Source of the DNA: Eledone cirrhosa
Lineage: Eukaryota
Length of the DNA stretch: 64,000 nt
Direction of reading: 5' to 3'
Assembly: GCA_964016885.1 (NCBI GenBank)
Contig: OZ024740.1
Span: forward strand, 43,152,001-43,216,000
Under the pieces are notes generated by a model. It saw nothing but the letters and a program-made list of their open reading frames with translations, did no database searches and was not told the origin of the DNA. Each line of letters opens with the position of its first letter. Within the stretch, counting starts at the first letter, position 1. Of the stretch, positions 53,316 through 64,000 are shown in pieces. Made by a program: the position numbers and the translations under genes.

Positions 53316-54400
53316 ATGGATAACCAAAATGAAAATTATCGACATATCATGCTTTTTATTTAAAGAAGAAAGGTAAGAAATCGTCGGAAACTTGTAGAAA
53401 CATGTGCCCTGAGTATGGAGAGGATACTGTTATAGATCATGTATGCCAGAAGTGGTTTTCAAGATTTTGATCGCGAACCTTTTCGATTCAAGATGCACCT
53501 CTCTCTGGACGGCCCAATGTAGTTAACAGCGTGAAGGAGTTAGTCGACACCAACCCCCGTATTACAACCAGGGGGAGTCACAGATATACTCCAGATACCC
53601 AAATCAAGTGTTGAAAACCATCTGCACAAATTTGGTTATGTTAGCAGGCTCGGTGTTTGGGTTCCCCATGAATTGAATTAAGCCAGCCTCACCCAACGGA
53701 TTTATATCCGCGATTCCTTGCTTAAATATGAAAAAACGATCCATTTTGAGGAACATAGTAACTGGTGACTAGAAATGGATCGTCTATAACAATACCGATC
53801 ATGGTAGAAGCGCCAAGAACCACGACAAACAACCTCCAAATTAGAACTTCTCTTAAAGAAGATTATGTTTTCAATTTGGTGGGATTGGAAGGGCTTTGAT
53901 TTTACGAACTTCTTCCCATAAAAAGGACCATCAATTCGGATGTGTTCTGTGAACAGGTGGAGGAATTAAACGCAGTGAGCCGCGAGGAGCGTTCAGAATT
54001 TTCTAATCAAAAGGGTATTGTTTTCATCAAGACAATGCCAGACCTAAAACTTCCTTGCAGACGCACCAGATATTACTATGGATTAACTGCGAAGAATTGT
54101 CTCCCTCCATCTTCCCGCGACCCTGATCCTTTAGATTTCCACCTGTTTCGGTCTTTTAAATCTTTTTTGAATGGACAGACATTCAATACTTCAGAAGATA
54201 TGAAAATACATTTGCAATGCTTCTTCACTCGTAAAGACAGGACATTCTTTGAACAAGTGATAATGGATCTACCTAGAAGATGGCAGAAAGTAGTGGGACA
54301 AAATGACACATATGTCATTGATTGAATGAATTGTTTGGGGTTTAAAACTGTGTCGAATTTTCACTAAGTAAACGGATCCGACGTTTTGGTCATACCAATA
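53316..54400 (+). mobile_element. Degraded mariner transposase with right TIR-like end
   Basis: KWFSRF, SGRP, WVPHEL, IVTGD*KWIVYNN, PDPLDFHLFRS (YSPDLAP-like), LPRRWQKVV; ends CCAATA. Confidence 0.88.
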
Positions 54401-54744
54401 GTATTCCCTAATAGAGATACAATATCAGATACGTAAAACAAAACACTAGTTCATTCAACGAGTTCCTAAATTGTATGTCAGAAATTATTAAGTCCGATAT
54501 ATTGAAGAGTTTCTCCCCTATTGTTATTTTACTCTACTTAATTTTACTCTAATTAACATTTTATAAATTGAAAGAAAACGAAGATACACCTGCGTTCTTT
54601 CAACTTGTATAGCATGCAAACACAGAGACGCGGGTGTGCACACACACACATACATACACACTGATACACACACAGACACACACACACAGACACACACTCG
54701 CACTCACACTCACTCACACATATATATATATACATAGAGTGAGA

Positions 54745-54880
54745 GGCTGTTGAGGTTTGCTTTGCTTTTCATCCTTACATGGTCGATAAAATAAAGCACC
54801 AGTAAAGTAATGGCACCGATATAATTGCCGTTCTCCTCTCCCCCAAATTGTTGGCCTTGAGCCTAAATCTGAAAACATTA
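54745..54880 (+). mobile_element. SINE family A-related fragment
   Basis: TTTCATCCTTACATGGTCGATAAAATAAAGCACCAG. Confidence 0.75.
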
Positions 54881-57800
54881 TATTAGCAAATACTTTCTTG
54901 AACAAGGGAATATATCATGTTTGTTGCACTGAATGTCATTCCTGCTCTGTAGCACAAACCTGTCATGTGCATATCGGAGATCACCTTCTTACGAGTTAAG
55001 TCACACCATTCTGTCTGCAACTATCAGCTGACTGATCCTATACACTTTCAATTTCATTCCACTTCCACCTCAACTTCCCAGTCATATTGTTCAATCATAT
55101 TAAATGATTTTGACTTAGTACTATGTATCAGACCACAAATACTAATAAATTCGTATAGGGACTTCAAGGCAATAAGAAGCTGTCTATTGATCTCATAATT
55201 CTGAAGATCCATACGTCCCATGGGACATATGTCTTTTCGTGGTCCACGAAACAAGCCTATAACTCTTCGCAATATTTCCATGAATACTTGAACAACCGCA
55301 GAGTGAATATTTGGTCAGCTCTGCTACATTCGGCGAAAACCACACTGTTCGCCAGCTAACTTGGTCTTGACAATATCCCTACATCTGTTAGCTTGATACG
55401 TAACAGACTTTATCTGAGAGTTTTAACAAACGGATTCCTCTACAATCTGAGCAATCTTATATCTCTCGTTTTGAAAACTGGAAATATCACTTCCGATTGT
55501 AAGTGCTGTGGAACCTTTCCAGATATCTAGGCCCCACAGCAAGTAGGAGCCGTCATACCTTCTCTATTTAAGGCTTTTAACTCATCTCGCCTAATTTAAA
55601 CCACTCCAAAGGTTCTGCCAAGTGTCAGCCTTTTTGTTACTCTGCTGATCTCAGCCACAGAAAAGCTAAAATGCGCCCCTAGATGCACTTCACGTACATC
55701 AGAATATGGTGTTCGGATTTAAGAAATCAGCAAAGTATTTTCTCTACCTCATGAAGAAGCACCTCCTTTCGTAGTGAAGAATCCCAGACGAGTTCTTTAT
55801 AGCAAACGTGGAGGGGCAATTGATATTACGAAATCAGCTAATGGTCTACCAGAATAGTTTATTGTAGACTTAAAATCGAATGCCAGTTTAACCACAAACT
55901 CTGATGCTAAACAGTTTCAATTTTGTTTTAATTCTTTCGTAATGTGTTCCCTGAATTTGGATTCAATAGTATCCTCATGCCTGAATATTGATTCTTATAT
56001 CATTATAATGTTCCTAATTAATACGATACGCCTTTTATTCGATTGGATCACTCATTATATCAAATATATTTACAATATAACCTTAGTTTATGATACCCGC
56101 AACACGTAAACGAAGGCATTCTCTAGAAGATTTGATCTTACTGCGTAAAGAATGAAACTAAATTTTCCAAAAAAATCAAACTAGCACGTAACAACGTTAT
56201 CGATTCGATTCCAGTGAATAAATATTCTGGCAAAATAACTAAGAATTTGCATAGGAAATATATGGTATATCATTATGAATTTAATTAGATACAGTCTAGT
56301 GTGCATAGTTACTTAATAAACTAATTAACGTACATTCAAAAATATCTAAACCGAAATTAAATAGCACACAATATGTCTCCTTGTCTCCATACTTCAATAT
56401 TTCAATATGCAAGTATTTCTGTAAATCAATACCTTCTTAATTATTTATGCATGATATAAAAAGTGAAAAATCTATGAACTTACCAGAGAGAATGTTTTTA
56501 AGGATTAAGTGGCGTTCCTCTTATGATTAGTTCCTTTAAAAGACTAACTTCCACAAAAACTAAATGTTCTTTGTTTTTACCCGGAAGCTTTAAATCGAAC
56601 ATAACAATGTTGCTTTGACCGAAAACCGCTCAATACAATCATTCTTAGGAAACAAGAGAAAGTTGAAATTCAAACCAAGCCGAAATTATATTTTGATTTC
56701 TTTGGGGATATTTGTATAACAACCAGAAAATAGCCATAACAGTTTTCTCCAAATAAGATTTATTGCATTTTCTATTTTCCACAGTAATCAAATATTTTCA
56801 TGCAAGAAACATTTTTTTATGTGAACACGATCAAATAATTCTCTAAAGTCTCGCTTTTACTCAAATTTCTGAATCCTCAATTGATAAGATTCAATCGTTC
56901 TGTAACTAATACAAGATCATATCTCGATATTTTACTTTGCTTTTGTTCTAATCAAAACTGAAATCACAGCAGCAGAATCCTATCCAAGTTTTAAAAATAG
57001 TAATGGCTGCAAACGAAGCTAAATATAAAATCCAAATTTTCGATTCTACTGACACCGTCGGGACCTCAGGCGTAATCAGACCCCGTACTGCCGAGCTCCA
57101 CTGCACGATCTGAACGTCTGGGAAAGAAGCCCAGCGAGGTGGGGTGGCTATTGCAGTGGGAGTCGCTGGCCATTGTCAACAGAAATGCTTTTGCGGCCTT
57201 GTTCGCATGGCACAGCCCTAACATCGACACATTGAAGGCCAAGAGCCCATCACCCTACCTCTTCCATCATCCCTTTCTTCTGCGGCTCTAGTGTCCTTCA
57301 TTGTCCCATCCTTTTCCTTTCATTTATAGCTTCCATAGTTCATTCCTCTACATTCACATTCAATCAGATTTGCCTTTCCTTACCCTTTACCCATTTTCAC
57401 ATTGCTTGTTTTTGCTTTTGTCTTTCTTTCTCATATTCATTGATCCTTTGAAAATAAAATACTTTATTAGAATTCAGCATTTATCACATTCTCTGACTAA
57501 CATTAAGTAAATGCCGATAACGAAATTCTTCTCCCTCATTATAACCTTTATTTATTTCTTACTTTAAGATTTCCAGAAAATAGGTAATATTTTTATGGTC
57601 ATTGATCTTTAAGCCTTTACTCACATAATTTCATGTTCGTATTTTCATTCTTCAACTCATTCATTCATCTGTATGAACCCTTGTTTAAATTTAGCATGCT
57701 CTTTTGGTCATGATAAATTTCCAAAATAAGTTGGAATTTTATGGATCTTACTATTTCCTAGGCAAAGCAATTTCTTGCATGTTCAACAAATTTGAGGTTT

Positions 57801-58042
57801 GGGATCGATCTTTGATTTGAAGAAATATTTCATTCCGCCATATTTGATATTGATAAGTGGTCATGAACACCATATATAACGTTATTGACTGCCGAAATAA
57901 AAACGAACAATGAACATATAATGGCGCCAATAACGTATTCACTCTTAACCATTGAATATAAACTGTCAAATCTATAGGCCAGCGAACATCTCTTTCATTT
58001 ATCACGATTACTATCGTACTAGATATTTCAATGAATATCCCT

Positions 58043-58091
<49 letters not shown>

Positions 58092-58459
58092 CTCTTCAAA
58101 ACCTAATACCATTGCTGTATTTAATACAAGAAGTTTTTATTAGTTTCGAAACTCAATTGCCAGGATATCATTTTATGGTATTATCCAATGATAATTCGAT
58201 TTTATATAATACCTTAGGAATTATAATACGTATTTTACCGTATAGACATTAATCACTCTTCTCACTGAATCAGATAGAAATATCTAGGTTATATAATTGG
58301 GCATTATAGTTGGATATCGAAATGACACGTCAAGCTTCCCTTTAAAATGTATAAATGTATACACACACACATTCACATATCAATACACAGATATGCACAC
58401 ACATATATAAATACACACACGTTCACACACATACACACACACACATATATATATATATA

Positions 58460-61240
58460 GACCAAATAAAACCCAGAAAACAAACCCATAGGAAACCCCA
58501 GCACTCAGGAAAATACAACAACACAAGAAATGAAGCACCCACACACAATAAACCAACAACAACCAGATATTGGGTAACCCCAAAGACACAACTACATACA
58601 GACCCAATACTCAACACCAGAACCAGATACAACCACTGCCATAACACCAAGAACAATTACCGGAGACAAAATCAAAGACACATGAATACTGAACGAAACA
58701 ACAGAAGAACCAGACCCCCATACAGCAACGACCACGCAAGAGTCTATCGCCCAACCAGTTACCGCCATGAAGTTCCAGCGGGCCAAAGGTTTCACCACAA
58801 CAGAAACACCCCTATCCCAAATGGCACCCATTTTTTAGGACTAGGGGCCTCACACCAAATGAAAGAAAAAGAGAAAAAAGCACCACCTTTCAAGTGGCAC
58901 CTGACGAGAAAGAACCAATCGAACCAAAAATAATCAATATATCAGCCAAGAAATTAACACAACCAGAAATACAACTGTTAGAAAATGGACTGAAGTTCAC
59001 TCCCACTCAGATACAGCCGATGTTATAAAAGACACAGAAGAATACTGTCGAAAATTACGCTTAGGAGAATTCTTCCAGGGTGTTCAATACGAGGAAGAAT
59101 CACTGGTGAAAAACAAAAAGAACTTCACACCCCCGCTAAATAGAGATAAATACCTGGAGGAATACATAACCTGCCTTCGCCGATCAGCACGTACAAATAC
59201 GGCCGAGACGAAACACAAACGCAACATCCCTACAGACCAACTACTAGCATTGAACAAGCTACAAAGGGATTCCTCAATAATAATAAAAGAAGCGGACAAA
59301 GGTAGAGCAATCGTCATCATGGAAACAAACCACTACAAAGATATGGTTCTAGCACACTTGAATGACGAAAACTTCTACAGGAAAATCACTAAAAACGAAG
59401 AAAGGAAATCGAGGAACCAAATAGGCAAACTAACAACAAAGTACCAAAACAACCTAACACCAAAATAAGTAGATTACCTAACCAACTTCGAAATGAAAAC
59501 CAGCAATTTCTATGGATTACCAAATATTCACAAATCCATAGAAATCCAAAACACATAAAAGGGAAAAATACATCATACATCGAAGCTCCAAAACCGACAG
59601 ACTTAAAATTACGCCCCATTATTGCTGGCCCAGCCTCAAGCACACAACGTCTAAGCAACCTATTAGACATCATACTCAAAACCCTATGTAAAAAAGTTCC
59701 AAGCTACATCAGAGATGATATGGAATTCCTTAACTATATCCCCCAAAAAGTACACCAGGATACAATCCTAGTCAGTTTTGATGTAATAAGCCTGTACACT
59801 AACATCCCACACGACCTAGGGATTGAAGCTGTGGACTTCTGGATTACAAAACACTCAAGTCACATTTCAGAAAGATTCCCCAAAGAATTCATCTTGGAAG
59901 GACTTAAATTAGTATTGGAAAACAACCACTTCCTCTTTGACAACGAACTTTATCTACAAATAAAAGGAACAGCCATGGGTACCAAAGTGGCCCCTACATA
60001 TTCAACGCTCGTTATGGGTCACTTAGAGGCAAAATTATATTCCCAACTACAGATAACATTCAGTCACGACTTCGCCTTCTACATTAATAAAAACTGGAAA
60101 CGTTACCTAGATGACTGCTTCATCTTCTGGAACAGAAGCCAAACAGACCTACAAAAATTTTATTCGATCCTAAACAGGTTTCATGAAGCTATACAATTCA
60201 CTATGGAATGTATCGAAAAGGAACTGCCCTTTCTAGATATCCTCATCATTAAAGAAGGGGAAAATATCATAACGGACCTATTTTGCAAACCCACTGACAC
60301 ATACCAATACTTAAATTTCCGGTCAGCACACCCCTCACATACGAAAAGGAACATTCCCTTCAACATGGCAAGGCGCATCTGCACTATAGCAACACACCCC
60401 GTACTACAAGAAAAAAGATTATGTGACCTGATAAAATTCCTTAAAAAACAAGAATACCCGATGAAACTCATCAACGCAGCCATCTCCAAGGCTAAGAACA
60501 TCCCAATAACAACACTGAGAAAACCAAACCCACAACATAAAAAAGAAAACCCTGCTATCTCTTTTGTCATCACTCACAACCCAGGGAACATCAACATTGT
60601 GAAAACTGCTAAGCAGTATCTCCCGATTCTACAGCAATCTACCAAAATGAATGCACTCTTAAAAAACACACAGATCATTTATAGCAGACGCCAAGCACTC
60701 AACCTTAAAAAAATAATTACCAAGGCAAAATTTACGACCAACATGGAATCAATGCAAGTGACGAAATGCGGGGACCCTAGATGTGGAACCTGTAAACTCA
60801 TCGAAGAGGGCAAACAGTTGTCCTTCAAAAACCATGATAATTTCAAGGTCAATGCTAACATGAACTGCAAAACGAAAAACCTAATATATTGCGCAACATG
60901 TCCACAGTGTAAAGAGTATTACATTGGAGGAAACCGGAACGGGATTACATGATAGAGTCCAGGTACATAAACAACAAATTAAAGACCCCCACAGTCAGAA
61001 ATACCACATGTAGCGCACACTTTGCATCATGCGGGAAGGGAAAATTCACAATCTTCCCTTTCTTCAAGATATGGTCGGATAACGAACATTTCCGCAGATA
61101 TAAAGAAGAATTCTTCATTGAAAAATTTAAACCACTACTGAACACGAAAAAATGAATTAACACTCGGAGGTAAAATTCCATTTCACTAACCCCCACCCCT
61201 CTTCTTATGTATACACATGAATATCTGAGTGAACGGTGAG
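58460..61240 (+). mobile_element. Near-complete Neptune-like PLE ORF (frameshifted): N-terminal region, RT, Cys-rich linker, GIY-YIG
   Basis: LLENGLKFTPT, IIIKEADKG.AIVIM, FYGLPN, LRPIIAGP, SFDVISLYTNIP, KGTAMGTKVAP, WKRYLDDCF, LPFLD, CGDPRCGTC, NLIYCATCPQCKEYYIG. Confidence 0.93.
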
Positions 61241-61447
61241 ACACACACATATATGTGTGTAGGTATGTATGGATGTATGTACGTGTAGGTATATATGTAT
61301 GTGGGTGTGTGTATGTGTTTGTGTGTGTATATATATGTATGGATGTGTGTATGTTTATATGTGTGTGTGTATATATATATATATATATGTGTGTGTATGT
61401 GTGTGTATATATATGTATATGTATATGTATGTGTATGTTTGTATATA

Positions 61448-61489
<42 letters not shown>

Positions 61490-61657
61490 TAGATAGATAG
61501 ATATATATATATGTTTATATGTGTGTGTATGTATATGTATGTACCTATATATATGTGTGTGTGTGTGTGCATGTATGTGCATATATGTATATATGTGTGT
61601 ACATATGTGTATGTTTCTGTATGTGTATATGTATGTATGTATGTAGATGTATGTATA

Positions 61658-61694
<37 letters not shown>

Positions 61695-61781
61695 ATGTAT
61701 ATATGTGTCTTTATGTGCTCGTGTGTACACATATATATATGTATATATGTATGTGTGTATGTATGTGTGTGTATGTGTATA

Positions 61782-61820
<39 letters not shown>

Positions 61821-61851
61821 AGTGTAATTTTCTACACAAAACGAAGGTTAT

Positions 61852-61918
61852 AGAGAAAATTGAGGTTGGTAATGGCACATGGAATATATATTCCATGTGC
61901 CATTACCAACCTCAATTT

Positions 61919-61923
<5 letters not shown>
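61852..61923. repeat. 72-bp perfect palindrome
   Basis: AGAGAAAATTGAGG...GGAATA/TATTCC...CCTCAATTTTCTCT. Confidence 0.95.
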
Positions 61924-61979
<56 letters not shown>

Positions 61980-62182
61980 CGAAGGAAAAGTGGTAAGGAA
62001 CCAGGTGGACCATAACGCACCAAAGTACTCAATACTTAGGGTAGTAGAGTGGGTAATAGGAGTAAATAAGACCCCGACGGCTGAGCTCAAGCCGTTTCGA
62101 CGGCTAATTCTGTACTTAATTAGCCGAGTACAGAATTAGCCTTCGAAACGGCTTGAGCTCAGCCGTCGGGGTCTTATTTACT

Positions 62183-62254
<72 letters not shown>

Positions 62255-62335
62255 TATATGTACACATAAACACATACAGGCACATATACACATATACATA
62301 CATATACACATACATATATATCTATATATATATAT

Positions 62336-62376
<41 letters not shown>

Positions 62377-62427
62377 CATACACATACACATACAAGTACA
62401 TACATATATACACATACATATACATAC

Positions 62428-62507
<80 letters not shown>

Positions 62508-62560
62508 ATGTATGTGTACATATGTATGTATGTACTTGTATGTGTATGTGTATGTGTATG

Positions 62561-62610
<50 letters not shown>

Positions 62611-62702
62611 GATATATATGTATGTGTATATGTATGTATATGTGTGTATGTGCCTGTATGTGTTTATGTGTACATATATGTGTGTATATATATATATATA
62701 TG

Positions 62703-62768
<66 letters not shown>

Positions 62769-62798
62769 ATCAAAAGATGGTTAAAAGAGTTCCATGTA

Positions 62799-62865
62799 TT
62801 TTATTATGCGCATTTCAAAAACAAATATCATCATGCAATACTATTTGTGTTTTCATCAGATAAAA
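62799..62865 (-). ncRNA. Minimal hammerhead ribozyme (AUA triplet)
   Basis: UUUUAU-CUGAUGA-[AAC.CAAAUA...UAUUUG.UU]-GAAAU-gcgc-AUA-AUAAAA; perfect stem I; palindromic AUGCGCAU. Confidence 0.85.
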
Positions 62866-62966
62866 CATGAAGACATGATATGCAGGTTAAAAAACACTTG
62901 TGGATAGTTCAGTTTTAAATCAACATATCCACAAGTGTTTTTTAACCTTCATATCATGTCTTCAGG

Positions 62967-63030
62967 TTTTATCTGATGAAAACACAAATATTATTGCATG
63001 ATATTTGTTTTTGAAGTGCGCATAATAAAA
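62967..63030 (+). ncRNA. Hammerhead ribozyme, inverted copy with GAAA to GAAG mutation
   Basis: Mirror of 62799-62865 with one core substitution. Confidence 0.65.
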
Positions 63031-63158
63031 TACATGGAACTCTTTTAACCATCTTTTGTTCTTATATATTATGTATACTCCAGTCCTACGAACTGTAGAG
63101 TGCTTATTATCCGATATCTGCATTGCTTTATTGTACTACAATAAAACTCACCTCCTAC

Positions 63159-63246
<88 letters not shown>

Positions 63247-63256
63247 CCTCTCTCTA

Positions 63257-63295
<39 letters not shown>

Positions 63296-63350
63296 ATGTG
63301 TTGGTGTGTATGCATGTATGTGTGAACGGAGGTATATATACGGACATATG

Positions 63351-63388
<38 letters not shown>

Positions 63389-63518
63389 CACGTGTGTGTG
63401 TGTGTGTGTATACACGTGTGTGTGTGTGTGTATGTGTGTGTGTATGTGTATATATGTATATTTAGTTATGTATCTTTATGTGTGTATATGTATGTATGTG
63501 TATGTATGTATATGTAGG

Positions 63519-63555
<37 letters not shown>

Positions 63556-63603
63556 GTATATATATATATATATATGTGTGTGATGTGTGTATGTGTATAT
63601 GTA

Positions 63604-63634
<31 letters not shown>

Positions 63635-64000
63635 ATATATATATATATATATACCCATGTGGAGGTATGAGTACATATTCGTCTGTGTACGTATGTGTAT
63701 ATATGCATTTATATGTGTCTCTATATGTTTTTGTGTATGTATGTGGATCTATTTGTGCATGGGTGTGTGATTGATGGTGTGTGTCTAATATTCCTACATA
63801 TGCCCGTGTGTGTATGTACGTATATACGCACATATGTGTGTGTTGAACAAAGGACTAATTTTGGGATGGAAGTAGAAAAATTCTTCAGAAAAAAATAAAA
63901 AAATAATTATTTACAAACTTGGCAGGTGCGATTTGCCTGTGACCATTCTCAACAAAAAGGAATACTAAAAGCTTTTTCCCCTGAATAAAGGAATTTTTCG

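Larger units (their letters stand above)
62765..63066. mobile_element. 300-bp fold-back with an HHR in each arm
   Basis: Arms meet near 62910-62920; (TA)n flanks. Confidence 0.85.
61241..63830. repeat. Complex (TA)/(TG)/(CA) microsatellite field containing several small fold-backs
   Basis: Direct inspection. Confidence 0.95.

Overview
Eukaryotic, AT-rich, microsatellite-saturated non-coding DNA. The repeat content suggests a mollusc, probably an octopus (inference). No host protein-coding exon could be supported, and almost all ORF-track entries are (TA)n/(CA)n artefacts. The window is a graveyard of mobile elements: several Penelope-like retroelement (PLE) families with RT and GIY-YIG domains, a Tx1/L1-clade LINE in permuted order, a CR1/L2-group LINE, RTE fragments, a Ty3/gypsy relic, two mariners, a probable Helitron and at least two SINE families. 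The most striking unannotated signal is RNA-level. About 20 minimal type I hammerhead ribozyme (HHR) motifs from several unrelated sequence families are readable by eye. Most sit in the arms of fold-back (inverted-repeat) or tandem units inserted in (TA)n. They include a 440-bp tandem retrozyme-like unit with covariation, HHRs with very long stem II insertions, and a 2.1-kb ORF-less palindrome with an HHR at each end and a poly(T) pivot. All structures were read manually and coordinates of decayed elements are approximate.
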